Assembly (NCBI GenBank): GCA_037379345.1 | Contig: CM074511.1 | Coordinates: 63,804,862-63,868,861, forward strand | Length of the DNA stretch: 64,000 bases | DNA from: Perna viridis | Taxonomy: Eukaryota | Direction of reading: 5' to 3' | Shown here: positions 42,150 to 55,200 of the stretch, in pieces | How positions within the stretch are numbered: the first letter of the stretch is position 1 | How the letters are laid out: each line of letters starts with the position of its first letter | Made by a program: the position numbers and the translations under genes | Notes under the pieces: model-generated | What the model was told of the DNA's origin: nothing | Seen by the model: only the letters and a program-made list of their open reading frames with translations | The model's database searches: none

Positions 42150-43756
42150 TTTGGATAGTTTTCACTTAGTTCAGTAACTTGCAATTAATTGAATTCCATA
42201 AAAGATCAAAACAATAAAACTAGACCAACATTCTTGTCCACCTGTTTTCAATTCACTACATTATGATATTGTAAAGGAGAAGCGAGCTGTGACTGCCAGT
42301 TGACAATAGGGTGTACGGCAAGTCAACCAAATCAGACTTTATTATTGTAACCGGATGATATCCTCAAAAGTCAATAGTACTACAACCTCTTTCTCTTCCT
42401 TGCTTGATCGGTATTACAAAATCAATCATATTATGTCCAGGTCAATTTTTTGATAAATTAGTCAATAGATTCATCACTTAAATCGACACTTTACATCTAT
42501 GTAAGGTAGATAGTTTTTTTTTCTTAACTTTCAGGTGTGGCTAGATAATTGTTAATATGATATTTCACAGGTAGGCAAGTTATCCCTTCTTAATTTTAAA
42601 GTTTTAATGTTAGATGACCAAATATAATCAGACATAATTTGGTTAAAACTAACATTTACTCTCTGATTGACATAATAGAAAGATTAGTCGACCAACACAT
42701 TCCAATTGTTATAGTAAAACTAGCCAAAATTCCTCAAGTGCTTACACAGTACTAATAAGTCCTATAATAACTTTAAGTAAAATTTCTAGATATCTTCATA
42801 GCATTTTTTTAAATTTCAAGCTGTCACAAGAGTCAGAACAAGAAAGTTTCAAACTCATTCAAGTTTATTCATGACATAAGCAAATGCATTACACAAATAA
42901 AAATCTACTCTTGAAAACAGTTTATGTGCATTTATATAAATACAGAAAGTACAAATTTAACTTAGAGAAACATTATTCTGCATTAATTGGCATGAATGAA
43001 AACTTCTTCAAACCAAAATTTTGTACATGTATTTTGTATGTTTAAAGTACCCACATACAAGGAAATTCCAAGGTATTCGTAATCTGACACTAACTTATAT
43101 ACTCTGATGACACGTATGGCCCAATGTTATAAATTCACTTCTTTTTATTGAAATATTTAACTGACACATGAATAACAGCAACATATCCTACAATGTAAGA
43201 TAGTTTACTGAGAAGTTTATACAAATACCAGATCATCATCAACAACAAAGGACTGCATTCTAATGGGGCTTTAGAGATGTCTAAAGTCTATATATTCCAT
43301 TGATATTACAATGTAGGAATCAACAATATAAGATCCAAATGTAGGCCATCCTATGCTAAAACATTCTGGTAATGCAGATAGAATTCAAATTCAAACAAGT
43401 TGGTAAAAACTGGTCTATATTCTTATATTGTATACAGCTTGATTGGAGATGGAAATATTTACTGGTATGCTTCTGAATTACATAAAAAATGCAAATCTAT
43501 GAAGTTAAAATTGTAATAACTGAAAATAAGAACGCTTATCACATGTAACTCAAATGAACAAATTTCAAATATTGGTATAAAATTTTATAATTTTGAACCT
43601 GGAGATACATTTTAGTGCTATGGAGACATTTTTTTAGACAGAACCACAACAGGCATATAATAAGTCCTGATATAATGTCTATATAGACTATCAGGTTTGT
43701 TCAGGTTAGGTTAATTATCATTTTGCACAACTAAAAATAGATTGAAACTGATAAAA

Positions 43757-44220
43757 AGGGACTTCAGATGATGTGCGATTCAGACAGGGACTTCAGAGGA
43801 TGTGTGATGTAGACAGGGACTTCAGAGAATGTGTGATTCAAACAGGGACTTCAGAGTGTGTGATTCAGACGGGGGACTTCAGAGGATGTGTGATTTAGAT
43901 GGAAACTTCAGAGGATGTCTGATTCAGACAGGGACTTCAGAGGATGTGTGATTTAGACAGGGACTTCAAGGATATGTGATTTACACAGGGACTTCAGAGG
44001 ATGTCTAATTCAGACAGAGACTTCAGGGGATGTGTGATTTAGACAGGGACTTCAGAGGATGTCTGATGTAGACAGTGACTTCAGAGGATGTCTGATTCAG
44101 ACAGGAACTTCACAGGATGTGTGATTTAGATGGGACTTCAGAGGATGTTTGATTCAGACAGGAACTTCAGAGGATGTGTGATTTACGCAGGGACATCAGA
44201 CTCATTTACACAGGGACTTC
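43757..44220. repeat. 29-bp minisatellite (AGGGACTTCAGAGGATGTGTGATTCAGAC), about 15-16 copies
   Basis: Directly visible, intergenic or upstream of the MISP/AKAP2-like gene. Confidence 0.95.
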
Positions 44221-47200
44221 TCTTTTCTCTTCAAAATGGGTTTTGTATTGACAGGTTTCAATGTATATGTCAATAGAATGACAAAACATCTACAGGGATA
44301 TGTCAAATGGACACATTTACAAACAGATTGACACAGATGAAAAACTTGTCTGTCTCAACTTTTTCAAAAGGGCAAATTATTTTTTAAAACCTCAGACCTT
44401 TCTATCAAATATTTACTATGTGTATCTCTAGACAAACAGTAACACATCTTCAAATTTGTTTTTCATTGCCTGAAGTAATGTTGACACAACATATATACAA
44501 TTAAAATCTTTGGTAAGAACTAGAATATTAGAACTTGTAACTAAATTAAAATTCTAATACAAGACTTTAATAAATCAGTGAAAAAGGAGATTAATTTCAA
44601 CAATCATTAGACCATTACTATCAATAAGAAGAATGTATTGTAAAAGTCTTATAATAAACACCACTCCAGAGGGTCTCAGCAATAACATTTTGGATTTAAT
44701 ACTAGATTAAGAGGATTATAAGCCATGCAATACACAATTCATTCTGTTATTAGGCTATAAAACAGAACATAATGCCCTGAAACACTTCATACTACATAAT
44801 CCCATCAGGAATGGCAGCAACAACGTTAATTGGCTTATTTCCACTTTCAACTGATTTTAACAACTGGACCACTGCCCGATCTAGTTGAGTCATTATGGTA
44901 ATTCAGGATCAGTTCCAAACAAGATACAACTAGTAGAACACTAGAATTGGTGCCAGTGCATTAATGTCAAGATGCAACTAACAACTTATGGATTTCTTCA
45001 TTTAAGATTTCAATTAACAACTCAATCTCAAAGACATAGAAAGTGAAACAGTAAAACTCCAGATTCAACTCTAAAGAATAAAATCCTTTCACCTGCAAAT
45101 CAAACTTAATGTTTAAATGCTACAACTGGCCTATTGCTCATTTACAGCTCTAAGACAAATGATGAAAATGTAAGAAATGTACAATGTTTTATTGAAAATT
45201 AAGATACATGTATAACACACTTCATTTTATAGATGAAAAGACATTTTTTATTTCAAATCAAGCATTGCATTTTCAAGAACTAAGACCAAAATATATAACA
45301 CGAAAAAAGTGCGAATCATTTCAGAATAGATATTTAACAAATAAAACACAAGGGTTTGTCAATTTGTATAAGTTCTGGTGACAGTATTCACACAAATGAA
45401 ATACTTTAAAAGAAATAGACCAAACAAAATCAAATTTATTATTTTTAAATTGTGATCTTAAATTCAAAGTAAATGAACCGTGTATAAAGTAAACAAACAA
45501 ATGATCATTGGGATGACTGATTTCTAAATGCTATCATTACCTTTACTGGAATTCGACTCCTTTTTGGCTTATCCATCTTGAAATTTCAACACTTTTGTAA
45601 TTCTTTAAGCTTGTTCCATCATGCCTTAGTTCCAATTATAGTTCAAAACCGAATAAGTTATCCACTCAAATTACAAATTATTTTCTGCCACAAGGAGCTA
45701 AACCAATTAAAACAACAGCGGAATTTGGAATGAATTCCATTACTTATGAAAAAGTTTCGAAGGATCAAGTGATCAGTACCAGATTTAAATACGATAGCTA
45801 AGAACCCATTGAGTGTGGCTTACTTTTTTGGTCTTTTAACCATAACAGATCAGAATATGAATGGACCAATTTTAAAAGAAAAATAATAAATCCATAAAAA
45901 ATCTGAACTCTCTATTCAATTTCTATAAACAGATTTGGACCCTTGAGCGCTTACTTTACACCTCGGATTTGGAGCACAGCGGTTTTTAGTTAAAAAATGT
46001 TTTCGAATTATTAGAATTGATGTAACTGAGGCTGCTCTTGATAAAGGAAACACTGAACATACAAGCAGGTGCCTGACTTCTAAGACACACCTCTATGGAT
46101 CTTTAACAAGGTCATATATAGGTATCACTGAGTAAAAGAGCATGATAAAAGGACTGATAGGTGAGATTTTTGCACCTGACAGGGACTATTGATATGGAGA
46201 TATATGCTCATTTAAAAGGATGTATCTACTATATTAGTTGTGACCTACATATCAAATGAATGGAGACATGCTAATGATTTAGATGTTTACAAATTTTTCA
46301 GACCAAGATCAGCACATCTAAAACTAGAAAAACTGTAAACAAAGCTTACTTGGTGATACCTCGCTCCCCTCCACAGAAACCATGTAAGAAACCCAGCAAG
46401 TAATTTAAGGCATTCAGATGTGAAAAAACAAAATAGGAGATGCACAATGTCATCATGTAATAAAGAATCTGTGAAAGTTTCATACAATTCCATTCAGTGA
46501 TTTCAGACAAGTTACAGATTAAAACTTGGGATGGACAAACAACATGATCATCACTATATACCACTTTTCAAGCAGGGGTAAGAGAATAGAATACTGTAAA
46601 TTCAGAATTTTCGGCAAAAATTAATTTGATTTTGTGGTTTAGTCAAAAATGGGATTTGAATTTTTGTGAGCTTTTTTTATAGAAATATCCTGCTTCAGTT
46701 ATGTTGAATGTTCCAAGATGAAATTTTAATTAAGAGAAATTTTTTTGCAATGATAAAATCATCACAATAACTTATTGTTTTCAATCCAAAAATTTGCATT
46801 GTAAGTCTCTATGAGACAGAAAAAAAAGATACATATATAAGGATCTTTTGGGCATGTTTTAGATTAAAATTGTTGTTCAACATAAGGCAATTTTATACAA
46901 TCACATCTCCATGACTAGAAATCAAATGAAAAGCACCAAATATAATGGCATTTAATCAAATGTTAAAATAAAAGCAAATAAAGTACTAAAACCTATCAAA
47001 TGTGTTTATAGTGTATACATGATGATATCTTGAATGGCCTTGTTTTGGCCAAACTTTGTGATAACTGTTCCTAAAGTATACAACAGCATACCTCTGACTC
47101 TAAGCAACTGACCACAGCACTGTATGTCTATGATGTCAGTCTCTATATACTCACATTGAATAATCATGAGATTACCTGCTATGGAGATGGACAACACTAT

Positions 47201-49077
47201 CTGCCAAGTTTTATATGGAAAGAAACTTTTAAATTTTGTTTGATGAAAGGTAACAGATTAGCTGAAGACTCTTGGAAAACAAATTAGGCCCCACAATGTC
47301 TGTATCCATCTTAACATTCTCTTCTTTCATTCTTTTCACATTTTCCCCTTTTCTACAATTCATTACACGTACAATGATGGAAAGGAGAGATAGCAGATTT
47401 TTTTAAACATTATGCTTTATAGCTATGTATTCCACTTATTTTATCCAAATATTTTATTGGCAGTATTTCTGAAACATTTAAGAACTTCTTCTTATAACTA
47501 CTAAACAACTATGGAGTTTTAGCTTCAACAAATTATCTGCTGTAAAATATCTAAAAATTGAAACAACGTCTAATTACAAAAGCCTTACCATTCCCTTTAT
47601 TTCACTAAAAATTCAAATGACTAAATCTCACTTTCTGTTCTGACTCTGATCTGATTAAATTTATCATCATTCATAAAAGTAGCTTTCTTTCCCTTTATCT
47701 ACCTGTCCTGAAGAAGTTTGTTCTTCAAAGACAATAAAACATCAAACATCATCTTTTTAACAAAAGTTTGGAAAAAAAAACAATGATGTCTTGAAATCTT
47801 AGCTCAAAACAACAATGCATAAGCTATTTTGGTATGTAGACCAAAATTACACCAAGAAGACCAATCACTCAAAGAAAATTATAATTGAAAATGTTAAAAA
47901 AAATAACACATAGAGCATTAAAAACTCTTGAGACACCTCCTTGACATTTAGATTTTGGAATCAGGAAGAATTTTTAAAAAAACTGAAAGTCATCATACAA
48001 ACATATAAATACTTAATCGACCTATAAATACCATGTATTTCATAATTTTCAAATATAATTTTCTCTATGAAATTCTTAATTAGATATTAGAAATAAGACA
48101 AAGACAAAAGTTGAACCCTACCTGAATTTTACCTGATCACACCTGTTGTAAAATATTTAGTGATTTAAATATTGACGAATTTTATTCAATTTTCACATGC
48201 ATTTAAAACAACAATAAAGGCCAATAAATCTATTCTTTGAATGAAACTATATACCTAGGTTTCACAGTGATATAATCCACAGATTTCTCTGGGTCGTTGT
48301 TTGTTTTAGTAGATTACAGATTTTCAATAATCGATAGAGTGCCAAAGTGTTAGGTCTTAGAATGTCTGGCCAACTTCCAAAGTCAACTTTTTACAAACTT
48401 TTTACAACTTTCTGGCCTTTGAATAAAGGCAGAGTTATTCCCTTTTGTAAGATTTATGTCAGGGCGAGTAAGATTTGGATTCTAAAATATTGCATTTTTA
48501 TGGTAGTATTTGTTAAACAAACAAAGTGGGTTTGTAAGATTTGAATACAGTCAAAAATTTCTTTATTTGGCAACTTTGCAAACGTATGATTTTTATTTGT
48601 GATTTATACATGCACTGTAAAAAAGATATGTCACTATGGTCTTTTAAAAGAGATTTTCATGTTGGAAAAGATAGCATTCACAACACATTTGTGTTTTTGT
48701 CCATTGAGATTGTCAAATTAAAATACTGTTGGTACAAAGTATAACTATTTAAACCATTTGCCATTAGTGCACCAATTACAAGATTCTTTTTAAAAATAAG
48801 CTGCAAAATGCAATATAGAAAATTGTTATTGCAATGTTATTTACCTGTAAAAACACAACTGAGCAGTCACTTGATACTAAATATTTTTGTTCAATGTAAC
48901 ATTACCCACTCTTCTATACTCTTTTCTATGACAATTATTTCAACTACATGTAATTATTGGGAGGCAGAATAAACCTATGTTACAAACATTTTATTACTTC
49001 TAAAAGAGAGAAATATCAAAGAAGCCATTAATTAATAGAGAAGAAAGGGAAATCAGGGAATGTGTCAACAATCTTAA

Positions 49078-49218
49078 AAACATTTAGGCAGACTGAATAT
49101 GGGTACAATTCCTCTGAAAACCTGCCAACAAACATTTAGGCAGACTGAATATGGGTATAATCCCTCTGAAAACCTGCCAACAAACATTTAGGCAGACTGG
49201 GTACAATCCCTCTGAAAA
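49078..49218. repeat. About 52-bp tandem repeat, about 2.7 copies, overlapping the 3' end of the EH-protein gene
   Basis: AAACATTTAGGCAGACTGAATATGGGTACAAT.CCTCTGAAAACCTGCCAAC repeated. Confidence 0.9.
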
Positions 49219-52200
49219 ATATATGTTGAAAGACCTGTAGTTTTTGTGAAACTTACAAACATGAGCCTTCCTCCAACTTCCCCATTTAATTTTTGCATTT
49301 CTCTTTTCAGGTCAACCAATTTTTTGTGAAGTCGTAAAAACTGTGGATTGTCACTGGATAAAACTTCTTCATCTTTCCAACCAGCTCCTAACCACTGGTT
49401 ATACTCCTCTGGTTTAACTACAATAGTCAATAAGTTTCTATTCAAAGGGAGATAACCAAAACAAGACTGACATAAAGATATATACATTCCATCTGTACAT
49501 TTGCACAATAAAGTATCAATTTTAGATCTAGCCTTCAATTCAGCCACAGTTTTCGAAATAAATTGTTCTTAAAAAGTTAAAGATATCTACTTCAACTGCA
49601 GTTTACCATTACAAAACTGAAAAGGATGAAAAAGCGGATGTCCTCCTTTTGAAACTTCATTCATGCATACTGTGCAAGTATATCACAAACATTTTATGTT
49701 GGATCCTAAACTTTTAAAGTAATTTTTCTCTCCTTACTTGAAAGTTGCTTAAAATAATGTAACAATATTATTTTTTTTACTTCTAAAATTGTGTATACTG
49801 AGAAGGATCACTCTTACCATCAACTTTCATAAATACTGCATCTTCCTCCTGGTCCATGACAGGTTTCCTACTGCTCCAACTTTCTATAAACTTTTCACTA
49901 AATTCATATAAATTCTCTAAAATAATGTCATTTTCTAACAAATGTTTACTATTATTATTATCCACTATATGGTTACTAAGAAAAACATCAGAACCAGTCA
50001 GAGACTTCCAACTTAATGCTTCTTTGTCAAAAGGACTGATTTTAAATGGACAGTGGACTTCTGGTTCCTCTCCTTCTGATAAATTACTTTTCTTCCTTTC
50101 CTCTGAAAAAAAATGATTTAATAGTAACCTGAAATCAAATAAATGAAAAACATATCTGGAAATATAAATCTATGACTATATTTACCCTATGATAGAAATA
50201 GGGTTTCTACTGTGTAGTCAATAACCAAAACAATATACTTTAGTGACTATAATTACATAATACAAGGCAAGGTAATGTAGATAGCAAACATAAAGAGGAT
50301 TCAACTGTTTATTCCAGTGCCAAAACTGAGAAGAACAAATTTTCATGGGGTAACTAATATTGTGGCATTCAAATTGGGAAATAAAATCCCCATCAAAAGG
50401 CAAAATTTCCATAGAGAATGATATCCAGGATTTACAATTATACAAACAAAACAATTTCGACACAAACATTGGTACCCACAAATATTTTTGTTTTGCACAT
50501 TCATACATGTACCGCTTTAAAATTCCATTTTCCAAAATACGTGTGTCCAAAATAATTATGCATTCAGAAAATAAGTAATAAGTACATCCTATGAGCAGTT
50601 TTCAGGAGTAATACTTTTACAAGTCCAATAAAAATTAAACAACTAGTTTCAAGACAATGATTCCATGTTGAAAGTAGATTACCAGTAATGAAGTCTATTT
50701 AAAAAGTTTTGACTTTCATTTAACTTTCATTGAAAGGTTTGAAAACAGTTTTATCGTAAATGACATAACATGCCAAAAAGTCAATCTGTATATAATACTG
50801 TTACACGATAAGCGGATTCATATTACCTTTCATTATGAGTTATTTCCCTTTAAAGCTAAATATCTTAAAATTTACTTTGTGAGCTTATTAATTAATCAGC
50901 TCATTAGATGGTGGCTCTATAAAGTGTAATCAAGATTTAAGAACTATCCAAAACTGGGAATGACAAAGCAACAAACAAAAAATAGAAACTGACAGTAAGC
51001 ACTGAGTGTACTGAATGAATATTCTAATAAAATACTAGGAGAACAGATCCATCACTTAGACTAGAGCATACTATTCTGTTCTCTGAAAACTATTTGATCA
51101 TTCTATAAGGGGTATATACAGTGAATCCTATCTGTCCAACCTTTTGCATATACTGGAAATGTGTCTTAAATAGGAATCTTCTTAAATCCATTCATATAAC
51201 TTTCAATGAACTTTGAACCTTCACTGTATATTGATGACTACTGATTCTACTTTCACTTTCACTTTGTACAGTCCAAATGTACCAACTGTGTAAGTTACTG
51301 ATCAAACAAAACTTGTTCTCAAAAAAGAACTTGAGAGCTTCTATTTCAAAGTGGTAATATTTCTACAACATGCCTTTTCTGTATTTACATACCCTTTCTT
51401 TGTTCATACAGCTGATGGAATGGGTCTGGATCTTTTGTAGCTTTTGTATGTTTTGTTCCTAATCTCTGCAAAAAAAATCATATTAGCATATGTCTAAATC
51501 TAAGTGTTTTCAAGATGTTAAAGTAGAAACTAATGATGGAGTTACATTCATTCACTGACCTCTTTGAATACTTATTTTTAATATCAAAAACAAATCCTAA
51601 TCCCTGAAAAAGTACTAGTCTTAAAGATATGGAAAAACAAATCCCTAACCCCTGAAAAGAACTAGTCTCAAAGATATGAATAACAAATCCCTAACCCTTG
51701 AAAAGAACTAGTCTTAAAGATATGGAAAAACAAATCCCTAACCCCTGAAAAGAACTAGTCTAAAAGATATGGAAAAACAAATCCCTAACCCCTGAAAAGG
51801 ACTAGTATTAAAGATATGGAAAGATTGTTTTGGTTGTACTTTCAAGTTCCGAAGGCAATAACTCCCCTCTGATACTGGTATTTTGACTCTCAGAAGTAAT
51901 CTGAGAGGAAGGTCTACTTTACTTCAGCTTTCTTACCCTTTAAAGACTATTTTTACTCACTTCATATTTTATGTTTTGTTTATTTTTCAGTCATAAAGCC
52001 TCTTCTATCTAATGTCCAAATTCTTTGATACCATAAATTTCTTTTTTACTACATCTTAAATCTAAATGTTCTTGTTATGAATAAAATTAGAATTATTCTG
52101 TAATGACCTCGCAACAAGAAATATGCATTCTAATTGACAAAATACAGTACTGTGAAAGTATTTTAATTCATGGATGCCAATTTTTGTGGATTTGGGAAGA

Positions 52201-55200
52201 AACACAAATTCGTGGATTCTTGAGTTCATGGTTGTGAGATTTTTCGGTATACACTTCCACTGAAATCTCTTTTTCGTTTCGAACTAAATTTACTGGTTTG
52301 GCCTTTCCACGAAAACCACAAAAATTGGTACCAAGCTAACAATAATACTTTCACATTAACCGTGTACATGTCTTGTAATTTTCACCTGTCAAAATTTTTT
52401 TTATCAAAGCTGTCCTTTTATGATAACAACTAGATTAGGACCATTATGGGTAACAAATATTAACAAAATATTTCACAAGGTAATACCACAGAAGTTTTTC
52501 AAAATATGAGTTGGGCACAGCCTACAACCAAGCATTGCACTTATACCTTTTTCCGAACACTTGCTAAGTCACTGAAAAAAGGGATGATGGCTGAAAGGGG
52601 CGAGATAGGATAGGTAAAATGGTTGTCCATTTAAAAAAAATTATCAAGCATATCAGATCACGATACTGTAAATCATTTTTTTTTAATTTTTCTATGTTTA
52701 TGAACTGCATATTATAAATCAATTTAAAGACTTCTTTCACTTTCAAATTCACTTCCCTGACCCATTTCTGCAGACCAAATTGTGATACCTTTTTCCACTG
52801 GCTGGAGGGATATTGTTAGCTTTGCATGTGAGGCAAGACTCAGTGTCTTAAAAACCTAAATTATATCACAATTTTTGTTGTTACATTGGATTTCATTAGA
52901 CAGGAGATAACTGCTTTTCACTTGAAGATGAGATAACATCAATCTTGATTTGATGGTTACAAATAACTATTGTGTCTTCAGTATACTCAAATTATGACTT
53001 TCAAAACAATGGATGTTGCCTCCAAATCTAAAAATGCACTACAGTTATCTCTTAATTTAACCAGTTCTTCCATAGAAGTATGCACAAATCATTTGTCCAA
53101 AAACATTTTTCAATATTATTTTAATTTCCAGTGTAAGATCTAAGTATTTCAGAAAGTACTCCATACAACAAGCAAGCATCAGTCAGGTCTTACAAGTCTA
53201 AACCACAGGTAATTAGACTTGGCATACCTCTTTAAGTAAATCTGAATCTTTCTTGATCTGTCTAATCTCATCCTGTAGTTTCTGTTCTCCGAGTATCACC
53301 TTCACAGTTTCTTGTCTTATCTTCTCATGCTCCTTTTTTAACCGTGAGACGATTTCCTCAAGTTTTTCTAAATCCTCTGTATTCTTTGTATTTAAGTTTA
53401 GGATTTCATCAGCAGTCAGAGGACAGTTCCCACTGTTCTGTAGCAGTGTGCACTAGAAATAAAAATATCCAATGAAGAAGATGGTATCATTTAGTAAGTT
53501 TAAGTATTTTTGTGGGTTACACAGTTGTTTGGTTGTACAAAACATACAAAATAAGTCCCACTGTTCTCATTGTCATTACTTAACCAGAACATGTACTAAA
53601 TAAACTAATCTATAACTTCAACAAATGAAAGTCATGGATTATGGTGAAATTTTACACCACTGAAGTCAAACCACCTTCAAGTAAAAAGGTAGAGTAAAAT
53701 TGATCAGCACATACAACTGCTAACAAAATTCCATCAAATAATGTTTTTCAATTATTAATCAAGTACCATAAAATACAAAGTACATATCTAAAATCAATTC
53801 AATCAAAATATTGCTCTTTGTTATGCTTTATTGTGTTGGCCAAATTATTGTAACAGCCTGGCATGGCCTACAGAATGGACTAAGTTTCTACTATAGGCAT
53901 ACCTATATAAAGCTTCTGTCAAAGTATAGAGTGGCTGTGATAAGAAGTTGCAAAGAAAACTGAATGAAAAAAAAATAGTGGACAAATGGACACCATTATC
54001 ACTATATACCTTCCAAAAACTAGAGGTATAAAAAGGTTAATGTGAAGTGTTATAAGATGAAATAAAAAAAAGCTCAGATGAATGAATACCAGTACTAGTT
54101 ATCAAAGAAACTTGAATTGTAAACTTAATTATAATTTGCATATTAATATAACATTAGAAGGTAACAGTCCTTGTGCTGATGAAGATCTATTAACAATACC
54201 CCTATCAGTAAGAACTTACCAACTCTGTTTCAGTGTTACACTTTTCCTTCAGCAAATCTAATCTCTTTTGTTCCTGCAGTGTTTGGTTCTTTCTCTTTTC
54301 CTACAAATATAAAATTGACCTCGTTATTCCTTCATTGCTAAATACCAGCTGAACTCTACAAGAAAAAAATCAAGTTACTAATGCACTTGTTTCAGCAAAG
54401 ATTACTTCTATAATCAACCATCTAAACGTACATCGTACATTGCTAAAGTGTCTATAATCCTTGAAATTAACTAATCAATATGTTTAATGTTCAAAGTGTT
54501 TAATTTTAATTTTATTTCAATTTTACCCCCCTTTAATCAATAGTCATGTCAGGCAAATATGAAAAATATTCATTTCAGATAACTATATAATAAAAGGTTG
54601 AACAAAATTATTTCTAAAGTTCTCACATTTTTCTTTACATAAAAAAATGCAAATTAAAAATAACAGTTACAAAGTACACAATAGTTAGAAAAAGTATCAT
54701 TTTGAAACATATGTATTCTTCTTAATGACAAAAAAAATGTAAATCAAATTTACCCTCATGAAAATACAACAATGGTTAAAGCAAATATCCTCTTGTCACA
54801 AAATGAACCCTCCAAAGTGACAAATATTCATGCTTGTTTGCATACTCAGGGATTTAATAACCAAAAACAAACAAATTAAAATTTGTTACTGGTTGGCAGG
54901 TGGTAGAACTTTATTATATTTGACTGTCATGCAAATTAGTAATTACAAATTCATATGAATGACTTAAATACTGGGCTATTTGGTGCTTCCATACAGAATA
55001 CTAAACATGGTCAATTTCATATTTCTGATAAGATTGAAATTTATGACAGAAAGTATTAAAATTGTTAAGTTGAATATGAGACAAGGTCAAAAATCAATCA
55101 GAGGTCATATAAGTCCTTTCTTTTATACCAGAATTATTTAGATCATGTTATCTTTCTAAAATTAGCAAAAACACAACTTTTATAGCAAATAATACTGAGG

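Noticed and set aside
43757-44220. Regular 29-bp repeats superficially like a CRISPR array
   Set aside because: Units are contiguous with no unique spacers, there are no cas genes, and the context is eukaryotic.
46350-46383. Minus-strand ATG...GTAAGC mini-frame (MVSVEGSEVSP) as an alternative first exon
   Set aside because: Phase 1 does not match the phase-0 acceptor at 31174, and it lies beside decayed repeat sequence.
49418-49547. 5' part of ORF 49188-49547 (AELKARSKIDTLLCKC...)
   Set aside because: More simply intronic, because the phase-1 acceptor at 49418 joins directly to the previous exon; an upstream AAG acceptor cannot be fully excluded.
52547-52855. Candidate cassette exon in the EH gene
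   Set aside because: Phase-0 reading either hits a stop or exits in a frameshifting phase; the flanking exons join cleanly without it.
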